NCBI GenBank assembly: GCA_031374645.1
Contig: JANMGN010000225.1
Location: 1-52,807 of the forward strand
Source of the DNA: Chitinophagales bacterium
Lineage (GTDB): Bacteria > Bacteroidota > Bacteroidia > Chitinophagales > Saprospiraceae
Length of the DNA: 52,807 nucleotides
Direction of reading: 5' to 3'
In this document: piece after piece, positions 25,242-35,091 of the stretch
Layout of the letters: every line of letters starts with the position of its first letter
Numbering within the stretch: the stretch's first letter is position 1
Made by a program: the position numbers and the translations under genes
Notes under the pieces: generated by a model
Database searches by the model: none
Seen by the model: only the letters and a program-made list of their open reading frames with translations
What the model was told of the DNA's origin: nothing

Positions 25242-27125
25242 TTATTTTTTTAAACTGGGCTGCATTCTATACGCTTTATCCAAAAAAGGTTGCCCTTTTG
25301 CAGCGTCGCCTCCGTCTTTGTAAGCCGACCCTAAGAAAAAATATAAAATAGCTTGGTCAGGTGCATATTTTATGGCTTCTTGAAACTGATTTATAGCATC
25401 TTTATAACGTCCTTGCATAGCATAAGCACTGCCCAAATTGCGCCTTGCATCTACAAAACGAGGATCGAGCGCAACCGCTTTTTCATATACTCTCTGAGCT
25501 TCGGGCATATTGCCTTTGTTAAAAAAAATCATTCCCATATTGCTCCAAACTTTTGCGTCGGGTTGTAACTCAGCAGCTTTTGTGTAGTAACTCAAAGCCT
25601 TATCTTCATCGCCTTTATAAAAATACGCTAAGCCCATCTCTCCAAATGCATCTGCATAAGTGGGATAAATAGAAATTGATTTTTCAAAATGGGCTATTGC
25701 CTTGTCTATCATGGCATTATTTTTTTCGTCACGCCCTTTTTTAGTCAATTCAAGTGCATAATGATAATTGATTTTGGCACAATTGGGCGATGAATTAACA
25801 TCTGTTTCGTATAATGAAAGACTATCTTTCCAAGCAGGATTTCTCGCTATTGTTTCTATCGAAAATACAGCCAACAAAGCTAATGAAACATATTTTAGTA
25901 TATTGTGATTGGGCAAAAATACATTTTTTTCATTCTCACTTTTAGGAAAAAAAGATACCAACGCAGCAATCAGCGCAATTACGAAACCCAAACTCGGTAC
26001 GTACATCAAGCGTTCGCCATAGCCTGTACCAATAGTAATGAAAATATTGCTTGAAATAGAAAAAGTAATGAGCGCAAATAAAATCCCGAAAGAAATAATA
26101 TTTTTTTCTTTTATTTTATAAAAAGCAAAGCCCAGTAGAGCCAAATAAACCAAAGCTGAAAGCAGTACTTTCCAATCACCAAAACCACTTATTTGCACCT
26201 GATTGTAACCCATATCAGACACCAAAGGATGCGGAAATACAAGTGTTTTGAGATAAAAACCTGCCATACAAATCGCACCTGCCAATTTATTGACGCCTGT
26301 TTGTGCGAAAATAAAATTATCCAAAGGAGATACGTTATCAATACCAACCTGTGAACCTAAGACTTGCGAACGACAAATCAGGAAAAAAACAACAGGCAAC
26401 AACATAAAAGCCGAAATTTTTATATTTTGACTTAATGTAGCATTTTTGCTGAAAAAATAAATCATTAAAGGAAAAATAGCTAAAAAAGTAATCGCACTTT
26501 CTTTTGAAAACATAGCTGCTGTATAACACAACAACGCTAAAATTATATTTATAATTTTTTGATTACCAATATATTGTAAAATATAATTACAAGCTAAAAT
26601 GCTAAAAAGAAATGCTAATATTTCATCACGGCTTTTGATGTTCGCAACCACTTCTGTATGTATAGGATGCGCTACGAAAATAGCTGCAACCACAAACGGC
26701 AACCAAATTGTATATTCTGAAAGTATTTTTTGTAAAAAACGAAACACCGCTACTGCTGTAAAAGCATATAAAAGTACATTCATAAAATGACTTAAAAATG
26801 GTTTATCGGGCGAAAAATCCCATTCCGCAGCGAACATTACCAAAGAAAGCGGACGATAAAGTGTTCCTGGCGAGTTCCAATACCCTTTGCGGTACTCCGT
26901 AGTGAGCAATTCCGAAATACCAGCAAAACCTTTTTTTGTGATATAATTGTCTTTTATAACCGAATAATCATCTAAGGCGTAGCCGTGATTGAGCGTATTT
27001 GCATAAAGCAAAAAAGCAAAAATAGCAAGTATAAGAGAAGGCAACCAAAGATTTTGTTTGGTTTCGTTTGTAATAGGAGTAGTTTGTGGCGGAGCTTGTT
27101 GCTTAGCAACATTCTGTTTTTTCAT
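25242..27125 (-). CDS. TMTC-like membrane protein: N-terminal GT-C-type polytopic domain fused to C-terminal TPR repeats
   Basis: 627 aa. The first loop carries the acidic DD motif (YANTLNHGYALDDYSVIKDN) typical of PMT/TMTC/ArnT-like GT-C enzymes. About 10 TM segments follow. The last ~200 aa are clear TPR repeats (AHFEKSISIYPTYADAFGEMGLAYFYKGDEDKALSYYTKAAELQPD...). Confidence 0.7.
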   Translation of the reverse strand: MKKQNVAKQQAPPQTTPITNETKQNLWLPSLILAIFAFLLYANTLNHGYALDDYSVIKDNYITKKGFAGISELLTTEYRKGYWNSPGTLYRPLSLVMFAAEWDFSPDKPFLSHFMNVLLYAFTAVAVFRFLQKILSEYTIWLPFVVAAIFVAHPIHTEVVANIKSRDEILAFLFSILACNYILQYIGNQKIINIILALLCYTAAMFSKESAITFLAIFPLMIYFFSKNATLSQNIKISAFMLLPVVFFLICRSQVLGSQVGIDNVSPLDNFIFAQTGVNKLAGAICMAGFYLKTLVFPHPLVSDMGYNQVQISGFGDWKVLLSALVYLALLGFAFYKIKEKNIISFGILFALITFSISSNIFITIGTGYGERLMYVPSLGFVIALIAALVSFFPKSENEKNVFLPNHNILKYVSLALLAVFSIETIARNPAWKDSLSLYETDVNSSPNCAKINYHYALELTKKGRDEKNNAMIDKAIAHFEKSISIYPTYADAFGEMGLAYFYKGDEDKALSYYTKAAELQPDAKVWSNMGMIFFNKGNMPEAQRVYEKAVALDPRFVDARRNLGSAYAMQGRYKDAINQFQEAIKYAPDQAILYFFLGSAYKDGGDAAKGQPFLDKAYRMQPSLKK

Positions 27126-27153
27126 TATTTTTAATTTTGTGGTAAAAATAATA

Positions 27154-27161
27154 CAAAGTTA
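27154..27161 (-). promoter_or_regulatory. Bacteroidetes -7 promoter motif (TAnnTTTG on minus strand) upstream of the TMTC-like gene
   Basis: The plus strand reads CAAAGTTA, which is TAACTTTG on the minus strand. It lies 29 nt upstream of the ATG at 27125. Confidence 0.4.
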
Positions 27162-27512
27162 GAAAAATGAGGAGATTTTGGAATTAAAAATAGATTTTTT
27201 GATTAGTCTAAAAATTTTAAAAAGAAAAAAACGCAACTTTAACAGTTTTATTTAAGTTTCAAAAAAATTTATTTTAAGTTCAGAATATATTTTTATTTTT
27301 TTAATAAAATAAAAATACACTGATTATCAGCATTTTATATAATATACTTTTTAAATTAAGTTAAAAAATATTTAAAAATTTATTAGAAATGAAATTAAAA
27401 TACAAATTTTAACGTTTGTTAAAATGTGAATACGTAAGTACATAAGTATTAGAATACCAATTCACATACGAATACTATAAATTAACAAATTACCAAAAAC
27501 TATATTTTTAAA

Positions 27513-28232
27513 ATGGCTACTACAAATCATAAAATTCTCCTCGTTGAAGATGACCAAAATTTTGGCGACGTACTTCATCACTACCTTGAAATGAACGATT
27601 TTGATGTGACACTTGCGGCTGATGGAGTTGCTGGTTTTGAAACATTCAAAAAAGGTAAATTTGATCTTTGTATTTTCGACGTTATGATGCCGAAAAAAGA
27701 TGGTTTCCAACTTGCAAAAGAAGTTCGGGAACGTGATGCGAATGTACCTATCGTTTTCTTGACTGCAAAAACTATGAAAGAAGATGTTTTACAGGGTTTC
27801 AAAATTGGTGCTGACGATTATATCTCAAAACCGTTTAATCCTGACGAACTATTGCTTCGCATACAAGCCGTACTAAAACGTACTGCGCCAAAGAACGAAA
27901 AAGAAGAAATTCGTGACTATAATATTGGTAAATACCATTTCAACGTGCCGCTTCGTATATTGACTTATAATAATGATACTTCTTCTAAGGTAAAACTTTC
28001 GCCAAAAGAAGCACAATTGTTACAATTGTTTTGTACACACGTGAACGATGTTTTATCTCGCTCAGAAGCTTTGACCAAAATTTGGGTAGAAGACAACTAC
28101 TTTACAGCACGTAGTATGGACGTTTTCGTTACGAAACTCCGTAAATACCTTAGCCTTGACGAAAATATTGAGATTGTAAATATTCATGGAAATGGTTTCC
28201 AGTTGTTGGTCAGAGAAGGCGCAACAGCATAA
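27513..28232 (+). CDS. OmpR/PhoB-family response regulator (receiver plus winged-helix DNA-binding domain)
   Basis: 239 aa. The receiver has acidic pocket and phospho-acceptor residues (ILLVEDD...DLCIFDVMMPKKDG...FLTAK...ISKPF). The C-terminal trans_reg_C-like domain reads (LSPKEAQLLQLF...TARSMDVFVTKLRKYL...IHGNGFQL). No histidine kinase gene is adjacent. Confidence 0.9.
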   Translation: MATTNHKILLVEDDQNFGDVLHHYLEMNDFDVTLAADGVAGFETFKKGKFDLCIFDVMMPKKDGFQLAKEVRERDANVPIVFLTAKTMKEDVLQGFKIGADDYISKPFNPDELLLRIQAVLKRTAPKNEKEEIRDYNIGKYHFNVPLRILTYNNDTSSKVKLSPKEAQLLQLFCTHVNDVLSRSEALTKIWVEDNYFTARSMDVFVTKLRKYLSLDENIEIVNIHGNGFQLLVREGATA

Positions 28233-28253
28233 CTTCGCAGACCATAAAGTGTA

Positions 28254-28292
28254 AAAAGTGGCTATCTCAAAATTTGAGGTAGCCACTTTTTT
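28254..28292 (+). terminator. Rho-independent terminator of the response-regulator gene
   Basis: aaaagtggctatctc pairs with gaggtagccactttt (about 15 bp, one G-U pair). The run then continues as T6. Confidence 0.65.
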
Positions 28293-28313
28293 GCTTTACA
28301 ATATAAAAAATGT

Positions 28314-28321
28314 TACCTTTG
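28314..28321 (+). promoter_or_regulatory. Bacteroidetes promoter (-7 TAnnTTTG with -33 TTG) upstream of lysS
   Basis: TACCTTTG is at 28314-28321. A TTG at 28291-28293 lies 20 nt upstream of the motif, which is the canonical spacing. The ATG is at 28379. Confidence 0.5.
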
Positions 28322-28378
28322 TGAACTTTTTATTTAAGAAAAAGTTTTATTAGGACTAAAAAATAACTATATTCAGCT

Positions 28379-29905
28379 ATGCAATTGAGCGAACAAGAAA
28401 TTGTAAGACGAGATTCCTTACAGAAAATCAGAGAAATGGGGATAGACCCATATCCAGCAGAAGCTTTTGAAGTAAATGCAAATGCACACGACATCAAAGA
28501 GAACTATAAAGAAGAAGTCTTAGAAGATGGTTCTAAAAATCGCTTGAACTACCACGAGATAAGTCTTGCGGGTCGTTTGATGAATGTACGTGAAGCTGGA
28601 AAAGCATTGTTTGGAAATATCCAAGACAGTAGTGGACGCATACAAGTATATCTGCGTCGTGATGATTTTGCACAAGGCGAAGACAATACTTTTTTTGACG
28701 TAGTGATAAAAAAATTGCTTGATATTGGCGATTATGTAGGCATCAAAGGTTTTGCTTTCAAGACAAAAACGGGAGAGGTTTCTATACACGTAAAAGAATT
28801 TAAAGTATTAGCGAAGGCTTTGCGTCCTTTGCCTGTGGTAAAAACAGATGCAGAAGGCAATGTTTTTGACGCTTTCAGCGATCCAGAATTGCGTTATCGC
28901 CAGAGATACGTAGATTTGACGGTTAATGCTGGTGTGAAAGAGGTATTTTTGAAGCGTACTTTGATGATAAAAACCATTCGTGATTTTTTAAATGACCACG
29001 GTGCGATAGAAGTAGATACGCCTGTATTGCAAAATATTCCTGGCGGCGCAGCAGCACGTCCTTTTAAAACGCATCACAATGCGCTCGATACAGAATTTTA
29101 TTTGCGTATTGCAAATGAGTTGTATTTGAAACGTTTGGTGGTTGGCGGTTTTGATTTTGTTTATGAGTTTTCTCGTAACTTCCGCAACGAAGGTATGGAT
29201 AGAACGCACAATCCAGAATTTACCGTTTTAGAATTTTATGTAGCTTACCACGATTACTATTGGATGATGGATTTTACAGAAATCCTTTTGGAGAAAGTAG
29301 CAATGGCACTTCATGGCACAACAGAATTGCAAGTAGGCGACAAGATAATCAGCTTCAAAGCTCCTTTCAAGCGTATCGGTATTTTAGAAGCAATCCAAGA
29401 AAATACGGGTATAGATGTCAGCGCAATGAACGAAGATGAGCTTCGTGCAACGTGCAAAAAATTGCATATTGCAGTAGAAGATTCTATGGGAAAAGGAAAA
29501 TTGATTGATGAGCTTTTTTCAGAAACCTCTGAAAAACACTATACACAGCCTACGTTTATTATGGATTATCCTGTGGAAATGTCGCCTTTGACTAAAAAAC
29601 ACCGCAGCAAACCAGGTTTGGTAGAGCGTTTTGAGCTGATGATAAATGGGAAAGAAGTAGCAAATGCCTATACAGAATTAAATGACCCTATCGACCAACG
29701 GGAGCGTTTTGAGGAACAAGTCCGTTTGATGGATAGAGGTGATGATGAGGCGATGTTCATCGACCACGACTTCCTTCGTGCAATGGAATACGGTATGCCG
29801 CCAATGGCTGGTATCGGTATCGGAATTGACCGTTTGGCAATGTTGATGACCAATCAGGCTTCTATTCAAGAGGTATTATTTTTCCCTCAGATGCGTCCAG
29901 AATAA
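28379..29905 (+). CDS. lysS: Lysine--tRNA ligase, class II
   Basis: 508 aa. It has an OB-fold anticodon-binding N-domain (GRLMNVREAGKALFGNIQDSSGRIQVY). Class II motifs are present (FRNEGMDRTHNPEFTVLEFY; GIGIGIDRLAMLMT), along with the KYRQRYVDL signature. Confidence 0.95.
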   Translation: MQLSEQEIVRRDSLQKIREMGIDPYPAEAFEVNANAHDIKENYKEEVLEDGSKNRLNYHEISLAGRLMNVREAGKALFGNIQDSSGRIQVYLRRDDFAQGEDNTFFDVVIKKLLDIGDYVGIKGFAFKTKTGEVSIHVKEFKVLAKALRPLPVVKTDAEGNVFDAFSDPELRYRQRYVDLTVNAGVKEVFLKRTLMIKTIRDFLNDHGAIEVDTPVLQNIPGGAAARPFKTHHNALDTEFYLRIANELYLKRLVVGGFDFVYEFSRNFRNEGMDRTHNPEFTVLEFYVAYHDYYWMMDFTEILLEKVAMALHGTTELQVGDKIISFKAPFKRIGILEAIQENTGIDVSAMNEDELRATCKKLHIAVEDSMGKGKLIDELFSETSEKHYTQPTFIMDYPVEMSPLTKKHRSKPGLVERFELMINGKEVANAYTELNDPIDQRERFEEQVRLMDRGDDEAMFIDHDFLRAMEYGMPPMAGIGIGIDRLAMLMTNQASIQEVLFFPQMRPE

Positions 29906-29913
29906 TTGTAGAT

Positions 29914-29972
29914 ATTTTCAATTTTTATACCTCACGGGTTTTGAAAAACCGTGAGGTATAAAAATTGAAAAT
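29914..29972. terminator. 24-bp perfect palindrome, bidirectional terminator (lysS / FtsX-permease convergent junction)
   Basis: attttcaatttttatacctcacgg (29914-29937) is the exact reverse complement of ccgtgaggtataaaaattgaaaat (29949-29972). Confidence 0.65.
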
Positions 29973-29974
29973 GC

Positions 29975-32509
29975 CTACAATTCGTTTCTCAAAACCTCCA
30001 AAGGCGGATGATTGACTACTGTTCGTGCGTTGAATAAACCAATAATCAAGGTCAATAAAACAATCACTACAAATACAATTATTGTAGGCGACCAATCGGG
30101 CGAAAAAGGCACTTTGAACAAAAATTTTGACAATAAAAATGCTGCGCCACTCGAAAGAATAATTCCCGTAGCAGTCGCCATTGCGCCTAACATGAGGTAT
30201 TCTATGGCGTTGATAGACAAAATTTGACGACGACTTGCGCCCAATGTTCTCAATAAAACACTCTCTTGCAAACGCTGATATTTGCTCAATGCGACTGAGC
30301 TTATCAACACTATCAAACCTGTTAAAATGCTGAATAATGCCATAAAACGTATCACAAAAGATACTTTCCCAAGCACTGTATCTACTGTTTGAAGGATTTG
30401 AGTAATGTCTATTACAGAAATATTAGGAAATTTTTGAACTGCATCTTTCTGAAAATCAGCTGATTGTTGCGCATCGCTTACTCTTGTTATCAATACATGA
30501 AACTGCGGTGCAGCTTCTAAAATCCCTCGGGGAAAGACGACAAAAAAGTTCGTTTGTACTTTATTAAAATTCACTTTTCTAATATCGCTCACGACCGTTT
30601 CCATAGGCGCGCCTTGCACATTAAACGACATTTTTGCACCAGGTTTTATTTTCAAAGCCTCGGCTACACGGTCAGAGATAGACACGTAAATAGTACCGTC
30701 TTTTTTATTTTGATTTAAAAAATCGCCTTCAACAACTGTTTCTGTTTCGATAAGCGTATCACGATACGTACAACGGTACTCTCGTTCCAAAGCCCATTTT
30801 TCCATTTCCAAAGTGCTATCCGACAAAAGTTCTGTTACATTTTTTCCATCTAAACTATCCAGACGCATCGTAACAATCGGCACATCTTGTAAAACGGGCA
30901 TTTTGTAACTATTTACAAGCGTTTTTATTTCCTCTTTTTGCTTAGTTTGTATGTCAAAGAGTATCATATTGGGCTGCGCTCCGCTGCCCGAAAGTTGTAC
31001 TTGTTTGAGCAAAAGGCTTTGCGTGAAAAACAAAGTAGAAACCAAAGCTGTTCCTAAACCAATCGCCACCATCAATATAAGTGTCTGATTATTAGGACGA
31101 TACAAATTAGAAATACCTTGTCGCCACACATAACTCCAATCCATAGGGAAGAAACGACGCACTGCCCAAGTCAAAAACTTTGCAATCGCTGCTAATATCA
31201 AAAACATTCCCAAAAGAACGACCAAAAAACCAATTGCAGCATTTACTTGTTTGGTTTGTAAGTAAGCAAAACTACCTATAAACAAGGTAATTAAAGTATA
31301 GACCGCCCATTGTGCAAAATCTCGGTTGTTGCTATTTTCTTCAAAAGAAGCACGTAAAACACGCAAAGGCGACGTATTTCTAATGCTCAAAAGTGACATC
31401 ATCGCAAATAAAACGGCTACAATTACGCCAATAAAAATACCTCGTGCCATTGCTGACCACGACACTTCATTTACTACGTTTTGTATGGGTAAAAAATCTT
31501 TGAGCAAAATCGGTAAAAGATACTGTATCAAACTTCCTAAAATTGCTCCTAAAATTGCTGCGCCAACCGACATTACAACAATTTGAATTAATACAATCCA
31601 AAAGGCTTGCATACCACTCGCTCCGAGTGTTCTCAAAATAGCCACCGTCGGGCGTTTATCTTTTACGTATATATGTACTGCACTCGCTACTCCGATGCAC
31701 CCCAAAAGTAAGGCTACAAAACCAACCAATCCCAAAAAATCAGTTAGATTTTTAAAAGCTGTTCCGATAGTTTTTTTGCGTCCTTCTACTGTTTCTACAT
31801 CAATTTTTGCAGTAGAAAGGCGTTTTTCAAACGGTTTTATCTTATTATCAACATTTACCGAAGGTGGAAATTTGAAATAATATTGGTAATTTACACGACT
31901 ACCACGTTGCACCAAACCTGTTGCATTGAGTTCTTTGATAGGCACATAAACGATAGGCGCAACCGTAGAACCAATACCTGATTGACCAGGGCCAGACAAG
32001 GCTTGTCCGTCTATGACAAACGAAACATCGCCAATTCTAATACTATCACCTACGCCAATTTTAAATTGGTTGGCTAAACTTTTGTCTATCAAAGCCCTTG
32101 CGCCACCCGATTTAAAACTCGCAGCAGCACTCGAAGGCTCGCTATTTATTGCGCCATAAAAAGGAAATGCACCTTCGATAGCCCGCACAGCGACCAAACG
32201 GGTCTGTTGGCTTTTAGGTAAAAAAGCCATCGAAACAAAAGAAATTTCTTTTGCTCGCTCGCCACCCAAGCTGTCTATAAGTTGTAAAATTCCTTTGTCA
32301 GAAATACCTTCTTGGCGTGTTCCCAAAGCTAAATCAGCACCAATCAAGCCTTTTGCTTCGTTATTGATACTTTTTTGTAGATTTTCAGAAAACGCATCTA
32401 TCGCCACCAATGCAGCAATACCCAATACAATAGATGATGCAAAAAGCAATAATTTTCCTCGGTTGCGACGGCTATCACGCCAAGCCATATTCAAAAGCCA
32501 ATGTAACAA
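29975..32509 (-). CDS. YbbP/FtsX-family ABC transporter permease with two FtsX domains
   Basis: 844 aa. The N-terminus ...NMAWRDSRRNRGKLLLF is typical of FtsX-like permeases. There are two 4-TM FtsX blocks, each preceded by a large extracytoplasmic MacB-like domain. The start is TTG at 32509, with an alternative ATG at 32488. No ATPase partner gene is adjacent. Confidence 0.85.
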   Translation of the reverse strand: MLHWLLNMAWRDSRRNRGKLLLFASSIVLGIAALVAIDAFSENLQKSINNEAKGLIGADLALGTRQEGISDKGILQLIDSLGGERAKEISFVSMAFLPKSQQTRLVAVRAIEGAFPFYGAINSEPSSAAASFKSGGARALIDKSLANQFKIGVGDSIRIGDVSFVIDGQALSGPGQSGIGSTVAPIVYVPIKELNATGLVQRGSRVNYQYYFKFPPSVNVDNKIKPFEKRLSTAKIDVETVEGRKKTIGTAFKNLTDFLGLVGFVALLLGCIGVASAVHIYVKDKRPTVAILRTLGASGMQAFWIVLIQIVVMSVGAAILGAILGSLIQYLLPILLKDFLPIQNVVNEVSWSAMARGIFIGVIVAVLFAMMSLLSIRNTSPLRVLRASFEENSNNRDFAQWAVYTLITLFIGSFAYLQTKQVNAAIGFLVVLLGMFLILAAIAKFLTWAVRRFFPMDWSYVWRQGISNLYRPNNQTLILMVAIGLGTALVSTLFFTQSLLLKQVQLSGSGAQPNMILFDIQTKQKEEIKTLVNSYKMPVLQDVPIVTMRLDSLDGKNVTELLSDSTLEMEKWALEREYRCTYRDTLIETETVVEGDFLNQNKKDGTIYVSISDRVAEALKIKPGAKMSFNVQGAPMETVVSDIRKVNFNKVQTNFFVVFPRGILEAAPQFHVLITRVSDAQQSADFQKDAVQKFPNISVIDITQILQTVDTVLGKVSFVIRFMALFSILTGLIVLISSVALSKYQRLQESVLLRTLGASRRQILSINAIEYLMLGAMATATGIILSSGAAFLLSKFLFKVPFSPDWSPTIIVFVVIVLLTLIIGLFNARTVVNHPPLEVLRNEL

Positions 32510-32804
32510 AATAGTATGATTTTATTTTTAGTAGAAATATTTTTTCGTAATACCTTTTCCTAAGACGTTTTAAAAGTAAAATTATCGTTTTTTTTTGTGC
32601 TAAAAAATGAAATATCTACTTAAATAAAAGAATAGTAAAAGTCACTGGTCTAAAAATTGATAAAAGTCAAATAATTTAACACTTAATACTTGCTTTTGTG
32701 AGATTGAACAATACATATTGCAATGCAGTTTGTATAAATGCTTAAAATTGATGCATCAACCATATCTAAATCTTCTATTTCAAAGCAAAAAATCCATTTA
32801 TCCC

Positions 32805-35087
32805 ATGAATTTTCTAAAAATTTTACCTTTTATTTTATTGTGGCAAGGTACTTTTGCACAAAAAATTATTTATGTCAATCTTGCTGCTACGGGAACAAAC
32901 ACTGGTAGTTCATGGCAAAATGCTTTTCTCGACCTTCAAGACGCCTTAGCGTCAGCCCAAAAAAATGATGCTATTTGGATGGCAAAAGGTATTTATTTTC
33001 CTACCAAAACGACTGACCGAAGTATTTCATTTTACATCAAAAATACAGTAAGTATTTACGGTGGTTTCGCAGGAAATGAAATAAGTATCATGAACCGAGA
33101 TTTTGAAAAAAACAAAACTATTCTAAGTGGAAATATAGGAAATAGTGCCGATTCTTTAGACAATAGTTATAGGGTAATAAACGGAATTAATATTAAAGAT
33201 ATAACTTATTTAGATGGTGTGGACATTGCTTATGCTAACGCAAATCTAAGTACAAACACTCCATTAACGGATAATACAGGATTATCTGGCGCAGGATTAT
33301 ACGTGACTACAACATCACTCATCGCAAGCAAATTAGAAGTGAAAAATTGTAATTTTTACAATAATTTTGCTAAAAATAATGGCGCTGCAGTATTTTTTAA
33401 TTGTTCCGAACCTGACAAAGTCTATATTAATGTAAAAAAATGTAATTTTTATAATAACAGTGCAACGTATGGTGGAGCTATTCATATTGCTGAAAATAGC
33501 CCCTTGTCGGTTACTATTGATAGTTGTACTTTCAATAGTAACAAAGGGCGCTATGCTTGTGGAGGTATTTCTATAGAAACAGGGATAGGGAAAGAATATA
33601 ATATAGCGATTAAAAATAGTAACTTTAGTGAGAATAGTTCAGTAACAGGAGATGGCGCAAATATTTATTTTTCAAGTTACCTCAATCCAAATAATTATAA
33701 TTCAATTATTCTTGTCAATGACTATTTTGGTAAAACTAAGGGTGCAAGCTCTATTTTAGTGGATGGAGTAGGGGAATTGCTTATTCAAAAGAGTTATTTT
33801 ATAAATTCAGGCGGCATTGGAACTAGCACAGATATGAAAATAATTAGTTCTACCTTTTTTAAGAGTGGAAGTATTTTTGGCAAAATAAAAGTAATGAAAA
33901 ATTGTGTTTTTTATAAAAACGAAAACATCCTAAATATTGGAGCATCAAGCGAGGATATTATCAATTTTGACAATAACATATTTGCATTCAATAAGAATTT
34001 ATTTGGGATATATAGTCTTATAAATGCAAAAAGCATTTTTTTGAGAAATTCTATTTTAATTGATAACACTTGGGGTAGTATTAATGAAGATTTTGAAAAA
34101 ATTGAAGTTCAAAACTCTATAATAGACGATGTATCACAGAACAATAATTTTGGTAAAAAAATAAAGATTGATGCAGCTTGTCTGCTCAATGCTAATCCGT
34201 TATTTGTAGATACATCAAAATTAGATTTTCGGCTTCTCCCGTGTTCTCCTGCCATAAACGCAGGAAACAATACCTACGCACAAGGGAACTTAACAGATTT
34301 TGATGGCAAACCACGTATCGCACATCAAAAAATCGATATTGGACCTTACGAATTTCAAGATTTCAAGATAAGTAATTTTTCTACCAAACCAAGTTTTTGC
34401 ACCAGCAAAGAAGGCGCTCTTTTACCTATTTTACAAGGTAATTGTGATAAAACACCTACTATTTCGTGGAAAAATACTCAAAATCAAACAGGTAACGGTA
34501 GTGACAAATTAGCTTCTGGGACTTATACTTTTTATGTAAAAGATACCAATGGCTGTGCTGATACTTTAAAAAATATAATAATAGAAGACAAAGGAAATAT
34601 ATCAGCTGATTTCAATATTTTCAATACTTCTGGTACAAATGCAAAAAATGGAAGCATCGCAGTAACAAATGTCAATAATGGAAAAGCTCCGTTCAAATAT
34701 ATTTGGAGCAATGGCGATACAACAAAAACTATAAAAAATCTTGCCGCAGGCGATTATAAAGTAACTATTTCTGACGCAAACGGCTGTTTATTTTCTACTA
34801 CTTTGACGATAAAAGCGGCTTCTGCTCTAAGCGATATTTTTACAGGAAATATCAGTGTAACACCAAATCCTGCAAGTGACAAAATTACGTTCCGTTACGA
34901 TATTTCACAATTCTCTGACAATATGTTCGTTGTGCTTTATGACACACAAGGAAAGGTTGTTTTATCGAAACAGTCTTTAAAACATGAAGAACAAATTGAT
35001 ATTTCAAGCCTAATTTCAGGTTTATATTTTTATCAAATTACTGATAATCAAAAGATTATAACAAGAGGAAAAGTAATCGTAAAATAA
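32805..35087 (+). CDS. Secreted right-handed beta-helix (PMP-repeat-like) protein with SprB repeats and a T9SS type-A C-terminal sorting domain
   Basis: About 760 aa from the ATG at 32805, with signal peptide MNFLKILPFILLWQGTFA|Q. Repeated beta-helix rungs carry GGAI/FxxN-type motifs (CNFYNNSATYGGAIHI, CTFNSNKGRYACGGISI). Two SprB-type repeats are present (ASGTYTFYVKDTNGC; AAGDYKVTISDANGC). The C-terminal Por_Secre_tail-like segment reads ISVTPNPASDKITFRY...GLYFYQITDNQKIITRGKVIVK. Confidence 0.85.
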   Translation: MNFLKILPFILLWQGTFAQKIIYVNLAATGTNTGSSWQNAFLDLQDALASAQKNDAIWMAKGIYFPTKTTDRSISFYIKNTVSIYGGFAGNEISIMNRDFEKNKTILSGNIGNSADSLDNSYRVINGINIKDITYLDGVDIAYANANLSTNTPLTDNTGLSGAGLYVTTTSLIASKLEVKNCNFYNNFAKNNGAAVFFNCSEPDKVYINVKKCNFYNNSATYGGAIHIAENSPLSVTIDSCTFNSNKGRYACGGISIETGIGKEYNIAIKNSNFSENSSVTGDGANIYFSSYLNPNNYNSIILVNDYFGKTKGASSILVDGVGELLIQKSYFINSGGIGTSTDMKIISSTFFKSGSIFGKIKVMKNCVFYKNENILNIGASSEDIINFDNNIFAFNKNLFGIYSLINAKSIFLRNSILIDNTWGSINEDFEKIEVQNSIIDDVSQNNNFGKKIKIDAACLLNANPLFVDTSKLDFRLLPCSPAINAGNNTYAQGNLTDFDGKPRIAHQKIDIGPYEFQDFKISNFSTKPSFCTSKEGALLPILQGNCDKTPTISWKNTQNQTGNGSDKLASGTYTFYVKDTNGCADTLKNIIIEDKGNISADFNIFNTSGTNAKNGSIAVTNVNNGKAPFKYIWSNGDTTKTIKNLAAGDYKVTISDANGCLFSTTLTIKAASALSDIFTGNISVTPNPASDKITFRYDISQFSDNMFVVLYDTQGKVVLSKQSLKHEEQIDISSLISGLYFYQITDNQKIITRGKVIVK

Positions 35088-35091
35088 AAAA

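Noticed and set aside
32718-32804. Upstream-extended starts offered by the ORF track: 32718 for the beta-helix protein, 42973 for tetR, and 16926 for the EamA gene.
   Set aside because: The extensions add non-signal, non-conserved residues ahead of a clean signal peptide (MNFLKILPF...), the HTH domain (MKEKILSKAKELF...) or TM1. In the latter two cases they overlap promoter-like TAnnTTTG motifs. The internal ATGs at 32805, 42943 and 16953 are preferred.
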